Sequence record: PV745554.1
Length of the DNA: 64,000 nt
Strand: one strand, 5' to 3'
Shown here: positions 19,618-28,179 of the stretch, piece by piece
How the letters are laid out: each line of letters opens with the position of its first letter
How positions within the stretch are numbered: position 1 is the first letter of the stretch
Made by a program: the position numbers and the translations under genes
Notes under the pieces: generated by a model
What the model saw: the letters and a program-made list of their open reading frames with translations, nothing else
The model's database searches: none
Told to the model about the DNA's origin: nothing

Positions 19618-20409
19618 CTAGGCGCGCGCGCGGGCCTTGGAGGCGACCGGCATCGCCGGCGCCAGGGCGCCCACCTTGCCGACCACCTTGCCCAGGATCA
19701 CGATCTTGCTGGCCTCGACGTCGATGTGGTCCTTCAGGTCCGCGTCGTAGATGCGATAGGGGCCGGTCTTGCTCGGGCGCGTGACGTGCGCCACCTGCAT
19801 GGTCTTGTTGAGCCCGTAGACGAACTCGCCGCCGGCCGCGTTGGGCTCGACCTCGCGGCGGACCACCGCCATGTCACCCGGATTGAGGCCGGGGGCGAAG
19901 TCGTGGATCGCCGCCAGGGCCAGATCGGTGGGCTCGGCTTCGAAGCGCTCGCGCAGCCAGTCCGGATCGAGGTTCCAGGTCCGCAGGCGCTGGAACTCGC
20001 CGGTGCGCGGCTTGAAGGTCAGTTCCTCGACCGGGTTGGGCGAGCCGACCCCGAAGGTGATGTACTCGGGGGTGGTCTTCAAGACGTGAGCGATCTGCTC
20101 CAGCACATCGATGTGTGGCTTGACGCTGTCGGACTCGTACATGATGTAGGCGGTGCGCGCCAGGGGCCGACGCTCGCCAGCCTGCTTCGGCTCCCAGCCG
20201 GGTTTGGTGCTGACGTCCTTGCGCGAATTGCTCTGCTGGGTCAGGTAGACCCGCGACGCGACTTGTTCCTGGGTCAGGCCCAGGCCCATGCGGCAGGCGG
20301 TAATGCGCTGGCCGATGGTGCGAGGATGCGCGAGATCGGCATCCTTGTGGATCAGGGAACGAGACCGGTGCGCAGCAACGCCCGGCTTCATCTCGATCAC
20401 GGTTTGCAT
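19618..20409 (-). CDS. XRE-family HTH regulator with C-terminal S24-like domain (CI/LexA-like)
   Basis: IGQRITACRMGLGLTQEQVA HTH; IAHVLKTTPEYITFG; PGLNPGDMAVV beta domain. Confidence 0.75.
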   Translation of the reverse strand: MQTVIEMKPGVAAHRSRSLIHKDADLAHPRTIGQRITACRMGLGLTQEQVASRVYLTQQSNSRKDVSTKPGWEPKQAGERRPLARTAYIMYESDSVKPHIDVLEQIAHVLKTTPEYITFGVGSPNPVEELTFKPRTGEFQRLRTWNLDPDWLRERFEAEPTDLALAAIHDFAPGLNPGDMAVVRREVEPNAAGGEFVYGLNKTMQVAHVTRPSKTGPYRIYDADLKDHIDVEASKIVILGKVVGKVGALAPAMPVASKARARA

Positions 20410-20595
20410 ATCGTTCTCCTCCGTCCGTTGAGAACCGCGTCATTGGGTGTCGTGGTAACCCATGACATTCGCGATGGTTCCCAGACGCAACGTCTGTTTG
20501 CCAATGTTGACAAAGAGGGATTTACACCCTCTTTGGCAACACATCAAGGCCAGAGAAGAAAAAAGTTGACAGGTCGACTTAAGGGTGCGGCTGCA

Positions 20596-21279
20596 CTAAT
20601 TCCCGGTGGAGCCGAAACCGCCGGCGCCGCGCGCGGTCGAGGCGAGGTCATCGACCTCGACGACGGGCACGATCAGGCACTGCTCAAGGATGATCTGGGC
20701 GATCCGGTCGCCCGGATTGATCACCACGTTCTCGCCGTAGAACGGCGCGCCGAAGACGTCGGCCTGCTTGCCGTGGTGGGTCAGGATGACCTTGACCTCG
20801 CCGGTGTAGTCCTCGTCCACCACGCCGGCCAGGACGCCCAGGCCCTTGACGCCCAGACCCGAGCGGGGCGCGACGCGGGCGTAGGTGCCTTCGGGCGCGG
20901 TCATCGCCAGCCCCGTCGACAGGAGCGCGCGCTCCCCAGGCCGCAGGGTCACCTTCTCGGTCCCGTCATAGTAGACGTCCAGGCCGGCGGCTTTGGGCGA
21001 GCCGCGCGTCGGCAGCTTGGCGGTCGGCGTCAGGCGCTTGACCTTCAGGACGGGCTCATTGCTGTTCATGCGCGTCATCTCCAGCGCCTCCGACCAGGAG
21101 ACGAACTTCACGTCGCGCGTGAACCGGCCGTAGAGTTCGACGTCCTGGCCGCCCCCGACCTTGACCTCCGCCTCGATGCCGGACGCCGCCAGGGTGTCAG
21201 CCAGGGCGTAGGCCTGCTCGGCTTGCGCGGTCCGTTGGTAGAAGACGACAGCTTTGCTGTAAAGGCGGGTCGGGGACAT
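20596..21279 (-). CDS. dut: dUTPase with ~70-aa N-terminal extension
   Basis: AAGLDV, APRSG, GVVDEDYTGEVKVIL, GDRIAQ, RGAGGFGSTG motifs. Confidence 0.95.
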   Translation of the reverse strand: MSPTRLYSKAVVFYQRTAQAEQAYALADTLAASGIEAEVKVGGGQDVELYGRFTRDVKFVSWSEALEMTRMNSNEPVLKVKRLTPTAKLPTRGSPKAAGLDVYYDGTEKVTLRPGERALLSTGLAMTAPEGTYARVAPRSGLGVKGLGVLAGVVDEDYTGEVKVILTHHGKQADVFGAPFYGENVVINPGDRIAQIILEQCLIVPVVEVDDLASTARGAGGFGSTGN

Positions 21280-21296
21280 TATTTTCGGGCCTCTGG

Positions 21297-22661
21297 TTAA
21301 CGGGGAATGTCGAGATGGTCGGCCAGATCATCGGCGCCGCCGATGAAGGCTTCTTCGGAGCCGTCGTCCGCGTCGAGCAGGAAGACCATCGGCGAGGAGT
21401 TCCAGGCCGGATGGCCCCAGTGGTTGCGCACCTCCTCGAACTTGGCGCGGCGACCGACATCGCTCGGCTGGACCGCCTCGTAGGGGATGCCCAGGTCGTC
21501 GAGATAGGCCTTGGCCCGGTCGCAGTGCGGGCAGTCCTTCTTGGTGTAGACGCGGTACACCGTCACGTCCGGATCGTAGGTCTTGACGGGCGACACCGCC
21601 GGGCGCGTGACGCTCCAGTAGCGCAGCGGCTCGGGCAGTTCGCAAACCCCCTCGTCGGTGCAGCCGCCGGCGGCGTAGGGCGTCCACATCGGACGCTGGA
21701 GGAAGGCGAACGCGGTCGGCCAGCCGGCGACTTCGCCCTTGCCGTACTCGGTCGAGCGCTGCTCGAAGAAGTTGGCGTGGGTCGGGGCGTTCATGATCCA
21801 GTCGAGCCAGTCGAAGGGGTTCTCCTTCTGGCCGTAGTTGGGCTTCATGCCCAGTTGCAGCCACCGGCGGTCGGCGATGTAGCGGATGTACTTCTTGGTG
21901 TCCTCGGGCGTGACGCCGTCGACCTCGCCCAGGGCGAAGGCTTGGTCGATGAAGGCGTCTTCCAGGTCGACCATCCGGCGACCGGCGTCGTAGATGCGCT
22001 TCTTGGTCTCGTCGTTCCAGGCGCGCGGGTGCTCCTTGATCAACTCGTGCAGGAGCTTGATCATGCTCTCGACGTGGTGGGTCTCGTCGCGGATCGACCA
22101 CTCCACGATCGTGGTCATGCCCTTCATCAGGCCGCGCCGCTGGTAGTTCATCAGCAGGGCGAACGAGGAGAAAAGCTGCATGCCTTCGCCGAAGGCCGAG
22201 AACACGGCGATGTCGACGATCAGGTCGGCGATCGACGTGCCGCTCTCGCGCTCGAACATGTACTCGTGCTTCTCGCGCATCGCCTGATAGTCCAGGAAGG
22301 CGCGGAACTCGACCTCGGGCAGGCCCAGGGTGTCGATCAGGGTGGCGTAGGCGTCGATGTGGTTGGCCTCGGCCGCCATGAACGAGGCCAGCATCATCCG
22401 CACCTCCGGGTGCGGGAAGCGCGGGCCGTACTTCTCGAAGTAGCCGCGCGCCACGTCGACGTCGGCCTGGGTGAAGAAGCGGAAGAGTTGCGTAAGCTGG
22501 TTCTTCTCGCTCGGCTTGAGCTTCTCGTTCCAGTCCTGGATGTCGGTGTCCATCGGCGCCTCGTGGGGGAGCCAGTGGAGCGATTGCATGATCCGGTAGG
22601 CGTCGTAGGCCCAGGGGTAGGCGAAGGGCTTGTAGTAGTCGCGCGGCTTGAGCAGGGACAT
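21297..22661 (-). CDS. nrdB: Ribonucleotide reductase class Ia beta subunit with C-terminal glutaredoxin domain
   Basis: FFTQAD, EANHIDAY, FGEG, WSIRDETHH iron ligands, ANFFE; then VYTKKDCPHCDRAK...SPMVF..IGGADDL. Confidence 0.93.
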   Translation of the reverse strand: MSLLKPRDYYKPFAYPWAYDAYRIMQSLHWLPHEAPMDTDIQDWNEKLKPSEKNQLTQLFRFFTQADVDVARGYFEKYGPRFPHPEVRMMLASFMAAEANHIDAYATLIDTLGLPEVEFRAFLDYQAMREKHEYMFERESGTSIADLIVDIAVFSAFGEGMQLFSSFALLMNYQRRGLMKGMTTIVEWSIRDETHHVESMIKLLHELIKEHPRAWNDETKKRIYDAGRRMVDLEDAFIDQAFALGEVDGVTPEDTKKYIRYIADRRWLQLGMKPNYGQKENPFDWLDWIMNAPTHANFFEQRSTEYGKGEVAGWPTAFAFLQRPMWTPYAAGGCTDEGVCELPEPLRYWSVTRPAVSPVKTYDPDVTVYRVYTKKDCPHCDRAKAYLDDLGIPYEAVQPSDVGRRAKFEEVRNHWGHPAWNSSPMVFLLDADDGSEEAFIGGADDLADHLDIPR

Positions 22662-22714
22662 GTGTGGGAGGTCTCGAAAGGAGGGATGGGGAGGTGAAGG
22701 GCGCCGGCGGCGCC

Positions 22715-25528
22715 CTAGCCCTCGCAGGCCACGCAGGTGGAGTCGGACGTCGGGTTCAGCGCCAGCAGCGCGGCCTCTTCGGCGGACCCCGTGGTCGGGA
22801 CCTCCTCGGCGACGTCGATCTGCTTGCGCTCGACCTTGGTGTTGGTGTTCTCGGCCCGCTTGGGCGTCGTCGACCGCAGGTAGTACATCGACTTGACGCC
22901 GTACCCCTCGTTCCAGGCCAGGAAGGTGACTTCCGACAGCGTCTCGGCCGTGGCGTCGTGCGGGTGGAAGACGTTCAGGGACTGGCCCTGGCAGATGTCC
23001 TCCGTCCGCCCGACGGCCAGCCGCACGACCCAGCGCTGGTCGAGTTCCATCGCCGTCTTGTAGACGCGCTTCTTGTGGTCCAGGACCGCCGGGTCGACTT
23101 CGATGCCCAGGGCCTCGAAGAACTCGACCGAGAAGTGCTGGATCGAGCCCTCGTTGGCGACGATGGTCTTCCAGACCTCATCGGTGTCGGCGCCCAGGCT
23201 CGCCAGCCACGCGCGCAGCCAGCGGTTCTTGACCTGGAACGAACCCGAGAGGGTCTTGTGCAGGAAGGTGTTGGCGCGGTTGGGCTCGATCGACGGCGAA
23301 GCGCCGCCGCAGAGGATCGACGAGGAGGCGTTGGGGGCCACCGCCAGCTTGTGGGCGAAGCGCTCGCCCGAGCCTTCCATGTCCGGAGCTTCGCCGCGCT
23401 CGGCGCCCAGGATCAGCGACGCCGCGTCGGCCTTGCGGCGCATGTGGCGGAAGATGGTCTTATTGAGCGTCTCGGCCGCCATGCTCTCGAACGGGATGTC
23501 GAGCGACTGGAGCAGCGAGTGGAAGCCCAGCAGGCCCAGGCCCACCGAGCGCTCGCGCACGGCGCTGTAGGAGGCCCGGTGCATCTCGTCCGGCGCGTTG
23601 TCGATGAACACCTGGAGGCAGTTGTCCAGCATGCGCATCAGGTCTTCGATGAAGGTCGGGTGATCCTTCCACTCGACCCACTTTTCGGCGTTGACGCTCG
23701 ACAGGCAGCAGACGGCCGTGCGCATCTTGCCGAACACGTCGCGACCGGTGCCCAGCATGATCTCCGAGCAGTTGCCCGTCAGGTAGCCATTGAAGACCAG
23801 CCGGTTGCGCTTGGGCTCGGTGGCGCAGAAGACGTCAGCCTTGTGGGCGAGCGGATGCACGCTGGCGACCGTAGCGGCCAGCTTGGGCGCGACCTCGATC
23901 TGGTGGGCCGCGTCGATCTGCTCGGCGGTCTTGGACAGCACCGCGCCGATCTTCGACAGGTACGCCACGTCCCAGGCCGACAGCGAGAAAGCGCTGACCG
24001 TGTCGGTCAGGCGGATGCGCGGATGCAGGCCCGTCTCGACGGCCATCAGGCGCATCTCGCGGATCAGGTCCGCGTCGGTCGAGCCGACCGTCAGCCAGCG
24101 CACGCCGTCGATCTCGATCCATTCGCCGGCCGCGTCCAGCGCCCCGCCCAGCCACGCCAAACGGCGGCTCGGGGTGTGATGGAACGGCACGACGCCGGTG
24201 GCCAGCGTCAGCGGGTCATAGCGCAGGGTGGTGCCTGCCTCGTCACCTTCCAGGTTCAGCGACAGCGCCGACAGGGTCTTGAGCACCGCGTCGGGCAGGC
24301 CCGCCGGCACGAAGGCCGACAGACGGTTCTTGTCGCTGAAGCCAGCGAAGGTCGTCCAGCCGGCCGTGTAGGCGACTTCCAGCGGCGGGCTGGCGTCGCT
24401 GACGCCCTCGGTGATCGGCACATTGGCCTTGGCCAGCACCGTGCCGTCCTTCAGTTCGCCCGCGCGCACCTCGACGCCCGCTTCGGTGTAGAACTTGTGG
24501 TAGGGGGTGCAGTCGATGAAGTCGCCGTCCTCGAACCAGACGCGGACCAGTTCGGCCTTCTCGTCGGTGGCGTTGGTCTGGTGGATCAGGACGTTGCTGA
24601 ACTCGACACCGTTCCAGACGTCATGGAAGCCGCCGGCCAGCGAGGCGATCGGCAGGTGACCGTTGCGGGTCAGGATTTCGGTCTCGCCAGCCACGCAGAG
24701 GTTCGACTGGCGAACGCTCAGGCCAAGCTTCTTCTGCCGGTCCGGGAAGTGGCGGTTGGAGGTGTCGATGAAGTGGATGTAGGGCTCGCCCGTCTGCACG
24801 CGCGTCTCGATCAGCAGGCGCCACAGGTCGCGCGCCCGCTCCATGCGGATCACCTCGCCCGTCTTGGGCGAGCGCAGGGCGAAGTCGGTGTCGTCGCGCA
24901 CCGCGATCATGAACTCGTCGGTGACGTTGACCGCGTTGTGCAGGTTGGTGATCTTGCGGTTGTGGTCCCCGCCCGTCGGCTTACGCGCGGTGATGAACTC
25001 GCGGATTTCCGGGTGGTGGATGTCCAGGTAGACGGCGTTGGAGCCCCGGCGCGTGCCGCCCTGGCTGACGGCCAGGATCAGGCGGTCGTCCACCGCCATG
25101 AACGGGATGACGCCGGTCGACTGCGAACCCTTGGAGGTCTTCTCGCCCAGGCCGCGCAGGGCGCCGTAATAGGAGCCGATGCCGCCGCCCATCGACGACA
25201 GCCAGATGACCTCGTCATAGTGCTCGGAGATCGACTCGCGGCTGTCCTCGATCGCGGTGAGGAAGCAGGAGATCGGCAGGCCACGGGCCGAGCCGCCGTT
25301 CGACAGCAGCGGGGTGGCGTACATGAACCAGAGGTTCGAGACGTATTCGTACAGACGCTGGCCGTGCTCGGCATCATCCGCAAAGGCCGCACTCGCGCGC
25401 GCGAAGGCCTCCTGGGGGGACGTTTCCCCAGGCAGCAGATAGCGTTCACGGAGGGTCTGAAGGGTGAAGTCGTCGAGCAGGGCGTCGCGGGTGAGATCGA
25501 TCTTGATTTCGTGCGTTGCGACAGCCAT
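22715..25528 (-). CDS. nrdA: Ribonucleotide reductase class Ia alpha subunit, intein-containing
   Basis: ATPLLSN, PISCFL, QGGTRRG, SNL/CSE, AVAPNASSSI, KSMYYLR, C-terminal CVACEG; ATG 25528 preferred. Confidence 0.95.
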   Translation of the reverse strand: MAVATHEIKIDLTRDALLDDFTLQTLRERYLLPGETSPQEAFARASAAFADDAEHGQRLYEYVSNLWFMYATPLLSNGGSARGLPISCFLTAIEDSRESISEHYDEVIWLSSMGGGIGSYYGALRGLGEKTSKGSQSTGVIPFMAVDDRLILAVSQGGTRRGSNAVYLDIHHPEIREFITARKPTGGDHNRKITNLHNAVNVTDEFMIAVRDDTDFALRSPKTGEVIRMERARDLWRLLIETRVQTGEPYIHFIDTSNRHFPDRQKKLGLSVRQSNLCVAGETEILTRNGHLPIASLAGGFHDVWNGVEFSNVLIHQTNATDEKAELVRVWFEDGDFIDCTPYHKFYTEAGVEVRAGELKDGTVLAKANVPITEGVSDASPPLEVAYTAGWTTFAGFSDKNRLSAFVPAGLPDAVLKTLSALSLNLEGDEAGTTLRYDPLTLATGVVPFHHTPSRRLAWLGGALDAAGEWIEIDGVRWLTVGSTDADLIREMRLMAVETGLHPRIRLTDTVSAFSLSAWDVAYLSKIGAVLSKTAEQIDAAHQIEVAPKLAATVASVHPLAHKADVFCATEPKRNRLVFNGYLTGNCSEIMLGTGRDVFGKMRTAVCCLSSVNAEKWVEWKDHPTFIEDLMRMLDNCLQVFIDNAPDEMHRASYSAVRERSVGLGLLGFHSLLQSLDIPFESMAAETLNKTIFRHMRRKADAASLILGAERGEAPDMEGSGERFAHKLAVAPNASSSILCGGASPSIEPNRANTFLHKTLSGSFQVKNRWLRAWLASLGADTDEVWKTIVANEGSIQHFSVEFFEALGIEVDPAVLDHKKRVYKTAMELDQRWVVRLAVGRTEDICQGQSLNVFHPHDATAETLSEVTFLAWNEGYGVKSMYYLRSTTPKRAENTNTKVERKQIDVAEEVPTTGSAEEAALLALNPTSDSTCVACEG
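23771..24697 (-). mobile_element. Intein (309 aa) in NrdA with degenerate LAGLIDADG-like region
   Basis: QSNL|CVAGETEILTRNG ... NRLVFNGYLTGN|CSEI; internal WLGGALDAAG. Confidence 0.92.
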
Positions 25529-25634
25529 GGGGTCTCGTTCTCGCGACAAGGCGCGATGCGTTAAAAAGCCCTGAGAAATCAGGGCCTTAAGATGAAAGCA
25601 AAGGATGGTTAAGATAGCCTGAGGGGTCCCGAAA

Positions 25635-25650
25635 GTCAAGATTCACGACA
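25635..25650 (-). promoter_or_regulatory. Motif copy (TGTCGTGAATCTTGAC on -) upstream of nrdA
   Basis: GTCAAGATTCACGACA on +; TTAACCAT on - at 25605-25612. Confidence 0.75.
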
Positions 25651-25690
25651 GTCGCGAACCCCTCAAAGATTCCTTGACAGACCCTGGGAT

Positions 25691-25927
25691 TTACTCGTCG
25701 GCGAACTTCATCCCGGCCGCCTTCAGGATGTCCTTGGTATTGCAAGGCTTTCCGTCCAGCAGGAAGCAGGTTTTGGTTTCGCGGACCCGGTCGCCCAGCG
25801 CCGCCATCGCCCGCTCCAGGATGGTTAGCCCATCGCCGAGCGGCGCGATCAGGGCGCCAGTTTCGCGGGGAAGGCGAGGACCGCTGGTGCTCGCCTTCTC
25901 GGGTTTCTTGGCGCGCTTAGCGGACAA
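25691..25927 (-). CDS. Hypothetical protein (78 aa)
   Basis: Co-oriented, overlaps neighbour by 11 nt. Confidence 0.6.
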   Translation of the reverse strand: MSAKRAKKPEKASTSGPRLPRETGALIAPLGDGLTILERAMAALGDRVRETKTCFLLDGKPCNTKDILKAAGMKFADE

Positions 25928-26267
25928 CGCCCTGGACCCCGACGATGCTGCGGAACTTGTCGAGGGCGGCGTCGACGTCTTGACCGCTGGCGATCTGGGC
26001 CGACAGGTCCGAGACGGCGGTGTTGATCTTGTCGACTTCGGCCTTGAACACGTCGGGCGTGTCCTTCAGGATGTTGACCAGGGCCAGGATCACGATGTCG
26101 ACCACCGGGATGCGGATGGTCTCGCCGTCGGCTTCGTTGAACGAGGCCAGCGACAGGCCGATGGTGAAGCCGCCGGGGTTGGTGGGGCTCTCGGTCAGGG
26201 CGAGCACCGACTGGGCGGTGATCACCTCTTCGCGGACCGGGATGAAATCTTCAGTGGGGGAGGTCAT
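25917..26267 (-). CDS. Hypothetical protein (116 aa)
   Basis: Co-oriented, AGGA RBS, compact packing. Confidence 0.65.
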   Translation of the reverse strand: MTSPTEDFIPVREEVITAQSVLALTESPTNPGGFTIGLSLASFNEADGETIRIPVVDIVILALVNILKDTPDVFKAEVDKINTAVSDLSAQIASGQDVDAALDKFRSIVGVQGVVR

Positions 26268-26550
26268 GGGATTCCTGCTGCATGAGGAGAGCGATGCGGT
26301 TGGCGGCGTCGACTTCGTTGATCGGGCCGGCGGCGAGCAGGGCGTCGATCGTGTCGGCGATCACCCCCTGCTGGTCGAGGGTCATGATCGCGAGGCCGTA
26401 GAGGAGCGCCTGGGAGGCGTGCCGGCGGATGCTCGGCACCGTCTGGTGGATGATGAGGTCGACCTCGCCGCGATCGCCATCGGCCGGCACGTAGGCCGCG
26501 AGGGAGAACTGCGGCTCCAGGTCTTCGGGGATGGCGAGCGGGGCGGTCAT
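26251..26550 (-). CDS. Hypothetical protein (99 aa)
   Basis: MTAPLAIPEDLEP...; downstream of motif copy 26589-26605. Confidence 0.6.
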   Translation of the reverse strand: MTAPLAIPEDLEPQFSLAAYVPADGDRGEVDLIIHQTVPSIRRHASQALLYGLAIMTLDQQGVIADTIDALLAAGPINEVDAANRIALLMQQESHDLPH

Positions 26551-26588
26551 GGGCGGTTCCGGGGGATGTCGTGTCTCCCGACAAGACA

Positions 26589-26605
26589 TGTCAGGATTCA
26601 CGACA
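26589..26605 (-). promoter_or_regulatory. Variant motif TGTCGTGAATCCTGACA
   Basis: TGTCAGGATTCACGACA on +, intergenic. Confidence 0.65.
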
Positions 26606-26642
26606 TCGGTCAACGTGGTTAATGGGCGGGTGCGCGCTTTTG

Positions 26643-27593
26643 TCAGGCGTCCCAGACCGCCTCGCCCGGCACGAACTTGCGGAACTGTTCAAAGCCCCGG
26701 AAATTGCCGCAGCGGTTCTTCGGCAGGATGCCGCTGGGGCGGTAGGCGCGCGCTTGGTGCTCCAGGGGCGAGGCGTGGACGGGCTGAGAGCCGGCCAGCT
26801 TCATGAAGGTGCCCACGTCGCGCACGAGGTTGGCCTTGGAGCCGTCGAAGTCGCGGTAGCTGGCGCGCGCGCTGCGGGCCGCCGACGAAACGATGAGCAG
26901 GCGGCTCACGTCGGGTTCGCCTTGCAGGTAGGGCGCGAACGCGAAGTCGACCATGTCCAGGAGGTAGTGCCCCTGGACTTCTTCATCGCGCAGGAACTTC
27001 TTGATCTCGTCGGTGTCGGCCTCCAGGTCGACGAACGGCAGGTGCCATTCGTTCGGCCCCAGAAGGCGCGGCGTCTGGTCCTCCAGGAGATTGCGCACCT
27101 GCCGGGCCAGGACCTGGATTTCGTCCTGGGCGCCGGCGTCGTCGCGCAGGGTCAGGAAGTTGATCCAATCGGTGGCCGAGACCACCACCGAGATGTAGCC
27201 GAAGAACTCGGTGGCGCGGTTCACCCACTGCTTGTGGATGTTGAGCCCGCCCTCGGCGCGCGGCAGGCCCAGCTTGGCGACGCCGGTGCGCACGGCGTCG
27301 GCCATCTCCATCCAGATCGCCTCGGCCGCTTCCTGGTCGGCGTTGGAGAGGTACTCGCCCGGCTGCATGCCCGGCTGGTTCTCGCGGAAGAGCGGGATGT
27401 AGGGCGCGTCCAGCAGCATCTTCTTGAGCGGGATGGCCCGGCTCGACGAGGCGTTGCGGCTGAACACCCGGTGGGTCATGAAGTCGGCGTGGACCATGCG
27501 CGGGTAGCGCAGCAGCAGGCTGTCCAGGCGCTTGCCGTCATGGGTGATCGACGACGCCAGGGGCGTCGTCTGCACGAAATCGAGAGTGGGCAT
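26643..27593 (-). CDS. thyX: FAD-dependent thymidylate synthase
   Basis: THRVFSRNASSSRAIP signature; HASPLEHQA and GNFRGFEQFRK of phage Thy1. Confidence 0.9.
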   Translation of the reverse strand: MPTLDFVQTTPLASSITHDGKRLDSLLLRYPRMVHADFMTHRVFSRNASSSRAIPLKKMLLDAPYIPLFRENQPGMQPGEYLSNADQEAAEAIWMEMADAVRTGVAKLGLPRAEGGLNIHKQWVNRATEFFGYISVVVSATDWINFLTLRDDAGAQDEIQVLARQVRNLLEDQTPRLLGPNEWHLPFVDLEADTDEIKKFLRDEEVQGHYLLDMVDFAFAPYLQGEPDVSRLLIVSSAARSARASYRDFDGSKANLVRDVGTFMKLAGSQPVHASPLEHQARAYRPSGILPKNRCGNFRGFEQFRKFVPGEAVWDA

Positions 27594-27594
27594 G

Positions 27595-28170
27595 TCAGTC
27601 CTTGTCGAAGACGATCATTTCGATCGCGGCGTGGAGGTCGGCGATCTCGCGATCGTTGGTGATCGTCCAGTCCGGGACGATCTTGGCCATCTCGGTCTCG
27701 GAGGCGTGCTGGGAGGCCGCATCCGTGACATGCTTGCGCGGGTCCTGGACCCGGATGATCACGCCCTTCAGGCGCCGGACCATCTCGGCCTCGTTAAGGA
27801 ACCGGCAGTCCGAGCAGACCACGCCGGCGACTTCCCGAACGCCGCCGAAGCCGTTGGTCACCTTGCCGTCAAGATAGGCCCTGGCCTTGTTCGCCCAGGC
27901 CTGGACCCAGGTGTCGTCGACATAGTGACGGAACATGTCCGTCCCGATGTGCTGGAGGATTTCGCGCGGGCTCTTGAACGGCCAGCGATCGAGCTTGGTC
28001 TCCTTCAGAACCGGGTCCAGCATCTCCTCCATCGTCACGCCGTAGGCGATCTTGGCGATCTCCCGCAGCGGGTCGGCGAAGTTGATGTGGACATAGCCCC
28101 TGGCTTCCAGGGCGGCGGCGGCCGTGGACTTGCCATGTCCACGGGGGCCGGTGATGGCGACGATGTTCAT
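27595..28170 (-). CDS. Deoxynucleoside monophosphate kinase
   Basis: ITGPRGHGKST P-loop, FADPLRE, PREILQHIGTD, SDCRFLNE, HASE. Confidence 0.9.
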   Translation of the reverse strand: MNIVAITGPRGHGKSTAAAALEARGYVHINFADPLREIAKIAYGVTMEEMLDPVLKETKLDRWPFKSPREILQHIGTDMFRHYVDDTWVQAWANKARAYLDGKVTNGFGGVREVAGVVCSDCRFLNEAEMVRRLKGVIIRVQDPRKHVTDAASQHASETEMAKIVPDWTITNDREIADLHAAIEMIVFDKD

Positions 28171-28179
28171 CGGGGTCTC

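Noticed and set aside
25561-25612. Full CtrA site TTAA-N7-TTAA upstream of nrdA
   Set aside because: Three TTAA are present but not 7 nt apart; only a half-site is supported
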